IMG/VR virus record: IMGVR_UViG_3300005663_000028
Coordinates: 1 to 64,000 of that record
DNA length: 64,000 bases
From: a virus
Strand: one strand, 5' to 3'
Position numbers and translations under genes: made by a program
In this document: piece after piece, positions 37,430 to 45,930 of the stretch
Layout: every line of letters starts with the position of its first letter
How positions within the stretch are numbered: the first letter of the stretch is position 1
The notes under the pieces: model-generated
Told to the model about the DNA's origin: nothing
Seen by the model: the letters and a program-made list of their open reading frames with translations, nothing else
Databases searched by the model: none

Positions 37430-37437
37430 GTGTATAA
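37430..37437 (+). promoter_or_regulatory. putative late promoter GTGTATAA
   Basis: intergenic, upstream of protease/scaffold. Confidence 0.55.
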
Positions 37438-37458
37438 CCAATACGACAGGAGGTATTC

Positions 37459-38919
37459 GTGCGAGTTTATCAATCCGAAAAAGATGCTGGTGTAGATTTT
37501 CAGTTAAATGAGGCTGGAAGCTTATCTGCATTTGTTACAGCTAAAGTTCAAATTCGGGATATTAAAGAGTATTTTGACGGTATGTCTGTCGCAGACCTTA
37601 TGGAGGCTACCCAAACTGTTCAATCTGTAGAGGAGCTTCTTGGTCAAGAACAGCCAGATTTGGCTTTGGTCGTTGCGATTCTGGTTAGTACTGGGTGGAA
37701 TAAGAATGATGATATTTTCACGCCAGACGAGGTGTGGAAAGCTAAATCGTCCCCCATGAACAAACCGATGAATGATAATCATGATGAAGAAAAAATTCTT
37801 GGACACATTGTTCAAAGCAGGGCGTTAGATAAATCCGGCAATGAAATTGTGTTGGCAGATAATGAGTCTCCTCCGGATGAATTTGACATTGAGGTAGCTG
37901 GGGTGCTATATAGGGCGTTTCCGAAACTGAGAGAACGAATTGATGAGATTATTGCTAAGGCTAAAAGTGGTGAAATGTTTGTGTCTATGGAGGCTTGGTT
38001 TCCGGATTTCGGATATGGTCTGATTGATCCAGCAACAGGAGAAACCAAACTAATAGAACGAACTGAAGAAACCGCTTTTTTAACTAAGCATCTAAGAATT
38101 TATGGTGGCTGTGGAGAGTATCAAGATTTTAAGATTGGAAGACACTTAAAGGATATTATTTTCGGGGCACAAGGGTTTGTTGATGAACCCGCTAATCCTG
38201 ATTCTGTGATAAAGAAGGTTGCGGCGAAGAAAAATGCCGCTTCAAGTGTGTTTGTTACTGCTGAATTAAGTGAACTACCGGAAGGGGGTGTAGAAGACGT
38301 GGATGAAAAAGAAATGAAAGAACTTCAAACGAAACTAGACGAGGCTCAGGCAAGTCTTGAAGGCAAAGAAAAGGAAGTTACTGACTTGCAGAAGGCTGCG
38401 GAGGATTTCAAGGCTAAGGACTACGAGGGGCAGATTGCTACTCTGACTGCTAAGGTCGAGGAATTAAATGCGGGCATTGCAAAGACGTCTGAGAAAACAG
38501 AGGTTGATAAGGTTGAACTTCAGAAACAGCTTACCGAAGTAACGGAACGGGCTGAGAAGAGTGATGCTGAATTAGACGAGATTCGTAAGACTGAAACGGC
38601 TCGTGAGCGATTTGCTAAACTTTCTGAGGTGAAGAAGATTACGGACGAAAAGGCGACCCTCGCTGACCTGCGTGGAATGTCTGAAGAGACGTTTGTTGCA
38701 GTTCTAAATTATGCTGGTCAAAGTAAGTCTGAAGGTACCGAAAAGACGGCACCAGAAGATAATGGAACTGAACAAGCGGAAGCTGTTTTGGGTAATGTGG
38801 ACGAAAAAGAAAAAGATGATGCTGATTTCAATGCAAATGAAACTGTTGTGGAATCAAATGTCAAAAGGTATGCGTCGTTGGCGGGTGTGCTAACTGGTCG
38901 CGCAGAAAAGAAAGATTAA
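37459..38919 (+). CDS. prohead protease / scaffold fusion
   Basis: N-terminal globular domain (NDNH..ILGH, VSMEAW) plus acidic coiled-coil C-terminus; lies before the capsid genes. Confidence 0.7.
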   Translation: MRVYQSEKDAGVDFQLNEAGSLSAFVTAKVQIRDIKEYFDGMSVADLMEATQTVQSVEELLGQEQPDLALVVAILVSTGWNKNDDIFTPDEVWKAKSSPMNKPMNDNHDEEKILGHIVQSRALDKSGNEIVLADNESPPDEFDIEVAGVLYRAFPKLRERIDEIIAKAKSGEMFVSMEAWFPDFGYGLIDPATGETKLIERTEETAFLTKHLRIYGGCGEYQDFKIGRHLKDIIFGAQGFVDEPANPDSVIKKVAAKKNAASSVFVTAELSELPEGGVEDVDEKEMKELQTKLDEAQASLEGKEKEVTDLQKAAEDFKAKDYEGQIATLTAKVEELNAGIAKTSEKTEVDKVELQKQLTEVTERAEKSDAELDEIRKTETARERFAKLSEVKKITDEKATLADLRGMSEETFVAVLNYAGQSKSEGTEKTAPEDNGTEQAEAVLGNVDEKEKDDADFNANETVVESNVKRYASLAGVLTGRAEKKD

Positions 38920-38933
38920 GGGGGTGAACAAGG

Positions 38934-39422
38934 ATGGCTTTGAAACCAGATCGTGAGTATAATGAGATTACTGATATTGCGAACTTTTGGGATGAGGATG
39001 AGACTCGTGCTATCGAAAAGGGTGGCATGGCGAGTGTTGTGACCTCGTCTAGTGGTGCCGCTATGGGTACTAATTATACCGATGAGGCAAATGTTGTTGA
39101 TTATGATGATTCTGTTGGTTCTAGTACAGTTCCAAAGGGTATTCTGTTACAGAATGTGGCTTTGAAGATGAGTACGACAAGGGACTTTATCAATCATTAC
39201 ACACAAGAGATTCGTCCTGGCGATAAGTGTACACTAGTTCGGCATGGCTGGGTTGTTACTGACATGATTACTCCAGGTCAGACGCCTGCTATTGGTGGTA
39301 CGGCTTATTTGGGTCAGAGTGGCCTTTTGGCCACGGGTGCAGTGAGTAGCTCGGTAGCCGTTGGTCGTTTTGAGACGACAAAAGACGGAAATGGTTTTTG
39401 TAGGGTTTTTATCGATCTCTAA
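38934..39422 (+). CDS. capsid decoration / minor head protein
   Basis: position just before MCP; beta-rich (GILLQ, GRFET..DGNGF). Confidence 0.6.
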   Translation: MALKPDREYNEITDIANFWDEDETRAIEKGGMASVVTSSSGAAMGTNYTDEANVVDYDDSVGSSTVPKGILLQNVALKMSTTRDFINHYTQEIRPGDKCTLVRHGWVVTDMITPGQTPAIGGTAYLGQSGLLATGAVSSSVAVGRFETTKDGNGFCRVFIDL

Positions 39423-39437
39423 AGGAGGTGAAGAAGA

Positions 39438-40463
39438 ATGAAGCGTAATATTGTAAAACCAACTGATGACCAGATTGAACTTTTGAGAAAAACTGGTTCT
39501 AATGATAGGGATGAGCAAAAAGAGGCAATGAAGTCTTTGGCCGAGGCACTGGAAACTCCCCTGCGTTCGGCATTGCTTGATGGTGATATTTTGGGTGGAA
39601 TCTTCACCCCTGAACTTCTGGCACCAGATGCGACTCCTGAGTATCCATTGGATTTGTATCAGACTGCACAGGAAGGCGATTATGTGGCATACCAGTTGCC
39701 AAGTGAGGGTGCGCTACCACTGAGAACCGTGGTTAGTGATTCTCTGACGGTACAGACATATAGCGTTGGTAATGCTATTGACTGGCCACTGAGGTACGCT
39801 TTCACCGCACGGTGGAACATTGTTGCTCGTGCGATGGCAGTTCTTGAGGCTGGATTCGTCAAAAAGATGAATACGGATGGGTGGCGTGTAATCATTGCTG
39901 GTGGTGCAGGTCGAACAGATTACAACGGTGGTTCGCCACTGGTGTATGACAGTGCGGCTGTTATTGGTCAGTTTACGAAACGTCTTATATCTCTGATGAA
40001 AACGACAATGACTCGCCTGGGCGGTGGAAACACTGCTTCTGGTAATCGGAGTACGTTGACTGATGTGTTTATCAGTCCAGAGGCTCTGGAAGACATTCGT
40101 GAATGGGATGCAGACCAAGTTGATGATGTGACTCGTCGGGAAATTTTTACTGCCAGTGATGGTGGTGGCCCAATGGCTCAAATCTATGGTGTCAATTTGC
40201 ACACATTGGATGAGCTTGGTGTTGGCCAGGAATTCCAGACGTTTTTCGCGACACTAGGTGTTAACATGGGTACTGACGATGAGGAAATCGTTGTCGGCTT
40301 AGACATGAATAAGAACGATTCTTTTGTCATGCCTGTTCGACGTCCTCTCACAATCTTCGATGATGAGAATCTGCACAGACGACAGCGCGCCGGATTTTAC
40401 GGGTGGGCGGAGCATGGCTTTGCGTCACTTGACGGGCGCCGGTGCCTCCTCGCGTCTTTCTAA
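39438..40463 (+). CDS. major capsid protein
   Basis: 341 aa, after scaffold and decoration genes, strong AGGAGG SD, followed by a strong terminator. Confidence 0.8.
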   Translation: MKRNIVKPTDDQIELLRKTGSNDRDEQKEAMKSLAEALETPLRSALLDGDILGGIFTPELLAPDATPEYPLDLYQTAQEGDYVAYQLPSEGALPLRTVVSDSLTVQTYSVGNAIDWPLRYAFTARWNIVARAMAVLEAGFVKKMNTDGWRVIIAGGAGRTDYNGGSPLVYDSAAVIGQFTKRLISLMKTTMTRLGGGNTASGNRSTLTDVFISPEALEDIREWDADQVDDVTRREIFTASDGGGPMAQIYGVNLHTLDELGVGQEFQTFFATLGVNMGTDDEEIVVGLDMNKNDSFVMPVRRPLTIFDDENLHRRQRAGFYGWAEHGFASLDGRRCLLASF

Positions 40464-40502
40464 CCCCTTGTAAACAAAGGACTTACGTCTTTTGGTACTT
40501 AT

Positions 40503-40536
40503 GAGAGGGAAGGGTAAAACCTTCCCTCTCTTTTTT
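40503..40536 (+). terminator. rho-independent terminator
   Basis: GAGAGGGAAGG/CCTTCCCTCTC 11-bp stem followed by T6. Confidence 0.85.
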
Positions 40537-40616
40537 ATCTAAAAATTTTCACACAAAAGCTAGTTTTTTATCGACAATATTTGGGACAAAATTACAGGTT
40601 GTACGTATAATAGAGT

Positions 40617-42071
40617 GTGAGACCAGTAAAGATAAATGAGAGTTTGTTGCACGACTTATATGTTCATCTCGAATTGACGGCCAAGGAATGTGCTAAAATT
40701 CTAGGTGTCAGTGATACGTCTATCTGTCGTCGTCTAAAAAAGCTTGGAATACGAGTTAGACCTCCAATTAGGGGGTTGATGACAAATATTAGTGATGACC
40801 AAGTTATTGATCTGTACTGGAATAACAAACTTAGTATTTGTGAAACAGCAAAGAAATTAGGGGTTAGCGAGGGGTGTGTAAAAAAGCGATTAAACAAATC
40901 GGGGAAAGGAACCAGGACTGTTCGGGAGGGCGCAAGACTATGGAGAGGTAGCGATGAAATATTGGATGACCAATTAATACATTTATACGATGTATGTGGT
41001 TGGTCATGCGAAAAAATATCGGCTCACTTCAATAAGAGTTCCCAGTTTACCAGACATAGATTTATAGCAATGGGTAAGGAGCGGAGAAAGAACACTGGGA
41101 AAAATAATGGATCATGGAAAGGTGGAATAAACGATATTGGAAGTGCGGTACGTGGTTGTGCTACTTCATTACAGTGGAGAAAAGACGCATTTTCAAAGCA
41201 GCAATACAAAAGTGAAATTTCCAACCAACAAATTAGAGAATTAAATTGCCACCATATATATCCATTTCACGTTATTTTGCGATCCTCAATAACAAAACAT
41301 ACACCCTTGCCAGACGAATACAGAAGCTTGGCAATTGTCAACGACCCCAGATTCTACGATGGTCAAAACGGCTTGGTTGTATCAAAAGAGGAGCACGACA
41401 ATATCGAGATGGGTAAATTAGATCAAGCACACCCTTGGTGGAAAATTTGGCAAGCCTATCCATCGTTTGCAATTAATCGCAGTGATTTTAATGATATGGA
41501 TTTTGATTTATTTAACGATAAGGGAATGATACGTCCGACCGATTACAGTATTAATATTTCCCCCGTAGGGGACATAAAACACATAATTAGATACGAACAT
41601 TATTTAGGGACCATTCCTGGTTCCAAATTAATACTTGTAGCTAGACAGAAAAGTGTCATTGTCGGAATAGCTACGTTTGGCAAAGGCACCAACAGAAATA
41701 TACCTGATAATACTTGGGAGTTAACCCGTCTCTGTATTCCCTTTTATGTGGTAAGACCATTTGCCTGTGAGTTTTTGGACCGGTGCTATGGCTATATCAG
41801 AGAGAATTACCCCCAGATTAAGGAATTGGTGTCATTTGCAGATTCTTCTGTCGGACACAATGGTGGTATTTACCGAATGGCCAAATGGGCGAAAAACGGA
41901 CAAACACCCCCTAGCTATGCCTATTTTGATCCAGCAACGTTTAAATTGATGCACAAATCAGCTTGTAGAAGAATTAAGGGTGTTGATAAAACCGAACGGG
42001 AATTGGCAGACGAAAGAGGGTGGATTCGCATTCCTCTTACTCACAAGTATAAATATTCACTTATTCTGTAA
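40617..42071 (+). CDS. 3xHTH + HNH-like + Mom/Hef-like GNAT fusion protein
   Basis: three LY..L...A..LGVS repeats; NGSWKGG; CHHI...NG...H; WELTRL...LVSFAD...GH.G.IY. Confidence 0.7.
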   Translation: MRPVKINESLLHDLYVHLELTAKECAKILGVSDTSICRRLKKLGIRVRPPIRGLMTNISDDQVIDLYWNNKLSICETAKKLGVSEGCVKKRLNKSGKGTRTVREGARLWRGSDEILDDQLIHLYDVCGWSCEKISAHFNKSSQFTRHRFIAMGKERRKNTGKNNGSWKGGINDIGSAVRGCATSLQWRKDAFSKQQYKSEISNQQIRELNCHHIYPFHVILRSSITKHTPLPDEYRSLAIVNDPRFYDGQNGLVVSKEEHDNIEMGKLDQAHPWWKIWQAYPSFAINRSDFNDMDFDLFNDKGMIRPTDYSINISPVGDIKHIIRYEHYLGTIPGSKLILVARQKSVIVGIATFGKGTNRNIPDNTWELTRLCIPFYVVRPFACEFLDRCYGYIRENYPQIKELVSFADSSVGHNGGIYRMAKWAKNGQTPPSYAYFDPATFKLMHKSACRRIKGVDKTERELADERGWIRIPLTHKYKYSLIL

Positions 42072-42109
42072 CACTCTCACCAACCCAAAAAACTCATTTT
42101 CCACCCCTG

Positions 42110-42117
42110 GTGTATAA
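42110..42117 (+). promoter_or_regulatory. putative late promoter GTGTATAA
   Basis: intergenic. Confidence 0.5.
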
Positions 42118-42154
42118 TCCAATAGCTAATGAAAGGTCTTTTTCTGGGGGTTCT

Positions 42155-42535
42155 ATGTCTTTATCTGATACACGAGCAATTGAATTATATGCCCAGAGAG
42201 ACAGTTGTGCTGACATAGCTGAGATAGACGGTTGCAGTCCTACATCGATGTACAATCGTCTAAAATCGCTTGGTGTGAAAATGCGGACCAGATCAGAAGC
42301 TAATCAGATTTTTCCTGATTTTATATTCGTGGCCCTCTATAACATGGGCCTTTCTGTATCACAAACGGGGCGACTTCTTGGAGTAGATGCTTCAACGGTT
42401 ACAAAGCGGCTACACTCGATCAACTACCCTTTGCGGTCTCGCTGCGTAGCATCTAAAATTCGTTATACAGAAAAAGAATTCAAAGAATACTTTATGACAC
42501 GAAATGTGTTGGATAAACTAGAACAGATGGTTTAG
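42155..42535 (+). CDS. tandem HTH DNA-binding protein
   Basis: two HTH repeats (SCADIAEIDGCSPTSMYNRL; SVSQTGRLLGVDASTVTKRL). Confidence 0.7.
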   Translation: MSLSDTRAIELYAQRDSCADIAEIDGCSPTSMYNRLKSLGVKMRTRSEANQIFPDFIFVALYNMGLSVSQTGRLLGVDASTVTKRLHSINYPLRSRCVASKIRYTEKEFKEYFMTRNVLDKLEQMV

Positions 42536-42545
42536 GGGGTTTGAA

Positions 42546-42902
42546 ATGGCTTTAATAGGACAGTCTATCGCGGAATTTGATTTTTTCCCAGATGCGCCAC
42601 CAGCTATTGTCGGTGAGGGCGATTTGGTTACAGGACAAACTGTGAATATGGAATTGTGGGAAAGTGGTGTGGTTGTGTCCCTTACTGGTGCTAGCGGTTG
42701 TACGGAAATCAATAGCACAGGAAGGTATACTTGGTCTACCAGTGGTATTTCAACGTTAACAGCTAGTCGTCAACAATATCACTGGAGAATGTCGGATGGG
42801 ACCAATAGTGATGAAGGGGATTTTGTACTTGTTGCCCACGAGAGTCGTGACGGTGGCATGCCATCATTAAATAATAAGAGTTCGTACATTGTACAAAATT
42901 AG
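42546..42902 (+). CDS. virion protein consisting only of the shared beta module
   Basis: SGC.EI.STGRY.WST...QY.WRM motif shared with the C-termini of the 42918 and 45931 genes. Confidence 0.6.
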   Translation: MALIGQSIAEFDFFPDAPPAIVGEGDLVTGQTVNMELWESGVVVSLTGASGCTEINSTGRYTWSTSGISTLTASRQQYHWRMSDGTNSDEGDFVLVAHESRDGGMPSLNNKSSYIVQN

Positions 42903-42917
42903 AACGAAGGGATAGAA

Positions 42918-44405
42918 ATGGCCGTAACTAATGCATTTGTTAACTTTGGTGCAGAATATGAATTTTTGAGCGCAGATGGTTCAATCTATAATTCCCTGAA
43001 AGTATTGGATGATTCTACGTTTTTGCTTTCATATGATGATGGATCGGATTCTCACAAAGGTAAATCCAGAATTGCTTCAGTTAGTGGTACAACTATCACT
43101 TATGGTTCTATTTATGAATATATTAGCACCCCTGGCATTGGTAACTATGTAGATACAGCAATACTTACCCCGTCTAAGTTTATTTTAGCATTTACTGATG
43201 AAACGGACTCAGGACACGGTACCTTAAGGGTGGGTAGTATTAGTGGCACTACAATCACTTTTGGATCAGAGACAGAATTTCTTAGCACAGGTAGGGCTGC
43301 ATATCTTTCCATTTCTGCATTAGATGATTCTAGTTTTGTTATTTCATATGCAGACTGGTCGGATGGTAGAAAAGGTAAAGTAATTATTGGAACTGTTAGT
43401 GGAACCACCATATCATTAGGTTCTGCAACAACATTTTATTCATCAAATGAAGCTATCAATACTCGTACAGCTTCTTTCAATGCATCAAAGTTCGTTCTTT
43501 GTTATAAACAAGGGAATGCTGGAGATTTGCAGGGAACTGCAAGGATCGGAACAGTTAGTGGTACGACCATCACATTAGGTTCAGAGGTTGATTTCACAAA
43601 TATAGCGAGTAGTTCATCGTTTAGTATTGATGTCGATATTTTAACTTCGTCACGATTTGTAGTTTGTTATCGAGACGAAAACGATTCAGAACATGGAACC
43701 TCTAGAATAGGAGCAGTTGATGGTACAACAATAACTTTTGGTTCAGAGGCGGAATTTTTGCCAAGTGGTGGGGCTTCTCAAACTATTGTTGAAAGAATTA
43801 ACAACATCAATTTTGCAGTTTTTTATCAGGACGAAGCAGATTCTAATCACGGGACCATCAAGATAGGTACAATCGAAGATACCGACATCACTTTTGGAGA
43901 TGAAACTGAATTTTTAAGTACAAATGGAGTTAATTACATAAGTTTTGGAACATTAAGTGTAGACAAGTTAGTTGTAGCATACACAGATGTTGCGGATTCT
44001 AACCATGGAACTGCTAAGATAGGTTTAGCTACTGTTGGGGTTGTCATTGGGAATGCGGTGACAGGAGAGGTGTTGAGAATTATTCACCGCCTTCATAAAA
44101 CACAAGATCATGATCCGCAGTTATTCAACACTTTTGATGTCTCGCCTTCTGGTGTTAATATCCAGGTATGGGATATAATTGATGGGGCAAATAATCTTGT
44201 TTCGACCCCAATCAGTGGCTGTTATCAAATTGGTAGTACTAACACTTGGGGTTGGTCCACGGCGAATTTACCATTTACCCAAAGTCTTCAAAAATACCAC
44301 TATTACTTTAGAATGATCTCAAATGAAAATGAGTCGCAGTATGGTGAGTTCTTCATAACAGTACCAGAACAAGGACATCGATCCTATACGGATTGGGAGG
44401 GTTAA
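42918..44405 (+). CDS. virion protein, propeller-like repeats plus shared C-terminal module
   Basis: 6-7 repeats of about 52 aa containing IG.VSGTTIT.G...EF. Confidence 0.7.
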   Translation: MAVTNAFVNFGAEYEFLSADGSIYNSLKVLDDSTFLLSYDDGSDSHKGKSRIASVSGTTITYGSIYEYISTPGIGNYVDTAILTPSKFILAFTDETDSGHGTLRVGSISGTTITFGSETEFLSTGRAAYLSISALDDSSFVISYADWSDGRKGKVIIGTVSGTTISLGSATTFYSSNEAINTRTASFNASKFVLCYKQGNAGDLQGTARIGTVSGTTITLGSEVDFTNIASSSSFSIDVDILTSSRFVVCYRDENDSEHGTSRIGAVDGTTITFGSEAEFLPSGGASQTIVERINNINFAVFYQDEADSNHGTIKIGTIEDTDITFGDETEFLSTNGVNYISFGTLSVDKLVVAYTDVADSNHGTAKIGLATVGVVIGNAVTGEVLRIIHRLHKTQDHDPQLFNTFDVSPSGVNIQVWDIIDGANNLVSTPISGCYQIGSTNTWGWSTANLPFTQSLQKYHYYFRMISNENESQYGEFFITVPEQGHRSYTDWEG

Positions 44406-44942
44406 ATGGCTTGGACAACTGATTTAGTTTTAATGACCAGGGCCTTGATCGGCGATATTTCAACTCCGCAAACTTATGTGGATGAATATATTCAAAGAGT
44501 GTTGATTACTGCTGCGTATCAAGTTGATGCTGAGTTTGTGTTTGATTACGCCTATGTTTACGATATAGGTGCTATAACCATAGTTCCCGATCCAGTAACG
44601 AATAATGATTTTACGTTTATAGCATTAATTCCCCTGAAGGCGGCTTGTATTCTTAATCAGGGGGAATATAGAGCAGCATTAGGACAGGGTATTAAAGTGC
44701 GAGATGGCGATAGTGCAATTGATACTAGTGTTAGTTTTAAGGGATACAGAGATATTTTGGAGTTGGGTCCATGTGCTGCATATGAAAAACTGCGTTGGTC
44801 GCTACTAGCATCGGGTGGTGTTGGTGGGTCTGGTGTTGGCAAAGCCGTTTTTGGACCTTACCGTGAATCCGGTGGTAATGCATTAAGTACAATATCGTGG
44901 TATTATGATCAATTTGTAATTGGTCGAAGAGATCGTTCATAA
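44406..44942 (+). CDS. putative head-tail adaptor
   Basis: about 180 aa, R.LIGD..TP..Y.DE..Q helical start typical of adaptors; position. Confidence 0.55.
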   Translation: MAWTTDLVLMTRALIGDISTPQTYVDEYIQRVLITAAYQVDAEFVFDYAYVYDIGAITIVPDPVTNNDFTFIALIPLKAACILNQGEYRAALGQGIKVRDGDSAIDTSVSFKGYRDILELGPCAAYEKLRWSLLASGGVGGSGVGKAVFGPYRESGGNALSTISWYYDQFVIGRRDRS

Positions 44943-44972
44943 AGAGCGGAATATTAATTAGGGAGGTAGAGA

Positions 44973-45929
44973 ATGGCAACTTACTATGTAGATGGTGCAG
45001 TGGGTGCCGATGGAAACCTGGGCACCTCTGCGGGTGCGGGTAACGCTTGGGCTACTATCGATAAGGCGATGAACACAGTCGCCGCTGGGGACAAGGTGTG
45101 GGTGAAGGACTCCGCTGCGTACACGGAGAGTCCTACTATCGACACGGCCGGAACAAACGCTTCGCCAATCGTATTTGAGGGCTACGCCGTTGACACTGGG
45201 GATGGTGGACAAGTTGCTGTAACTGGTAAGATTGAGGATACTCTTGCTAGTGTTCCCGGCCATTACTGTTTTAAGAACTTCGATATCGACGGTTCTAACC
45301 GTTGCGTAAATCTTTCAGTGGGTTTTATTACCTTCCGCAATTGTGTTTTTCGGGACACCACGGGAGGTGGAGTGGTTACTACCGGCGGCAATTTTGTTTT
45401 TTACGAGTGTGAGTTTCTTGATTTACCAGGCGACGGCTTCAATAGTGTTGAAACTACCGGGCTAAACGTATTTATCAATTGCAAGTTCTACCGAATAAAT
45501 GGAAACGGTATTGATGCTTCTGCGAGTACCATTTGTTTCAATTGCGTGTTTTTCTCTTGCGGTACTAACGCGGTTATAGCCGGGGACGCTGCTAATGGTG
45601 TGCTAGTGGCCTTAAATTGTACAGTGGACGGGGACGGAAAAGATACGGTCAGTGGAATTACACGGTCTCCCGCTAATCCTGGAAGCCAAGTGGCGGTCAA
45701 CAACATTGTCTACGATTGTATTACAGGTATCGACTGCAACCACGGGGACCGCGATATTCTTGTTCACAACCTCGTGAATGCCTGTACAACAGCCTACGCC
45801 AATAGTGCCTCCGATCAAGAGGGTGGCGTTTCCAGTGCTCCTGACTTTGTAAATGAAGTTGCGGGTGCTGATTATTCACTGAATGATGGGTCTCCAGCTA
45901 TTGGAGCAGGCACAGACGCCGGAGGTTAA
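44973..45929 (+). CDS. right-handed beta-helix (pectin-lyase-like) virion protein
   Basis: TYYVDG...G...GTS...AWATI.KAM, AGDKVWVK, N/C ladder repeats, PDFV..DY.L..GSPAIGAG. Confidence 0.75.
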   Translation: MATYYVDGAVGADGNLGTSAGAGNAWATIDKAMNTVAAGDKVWVKDSAAYTESPTIDTAGTNASPIVFEGYAVDTGDGGQVAVTGKIEDTLASVPGHYCFKNFDIDGSNRCVNLSVGFITFRNCVFRDTTGGGVVTTGGNFVFYECEFLDLPGDGFNSVETTGLNVFINCKFYRINGNGIDASASTICFNCVFFSCGTNAVIAGDAANGVLVALNCTVDGDGKDTVSGITRSPANPGSQVAVNNIVYDCITGIDCNHGDRDILVHNLVNACTTAYANSASDQEGGVSSAPDFVNEVAGADYSLNDGSPAIGAGTDAGG

Positions 45930-45930
45930 T

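Noticed and set aside
37421-37440. TTGACA plus TATAA as a sigma70 promoter
   Set aside because: The spacing is only about 6 bp, far from 17
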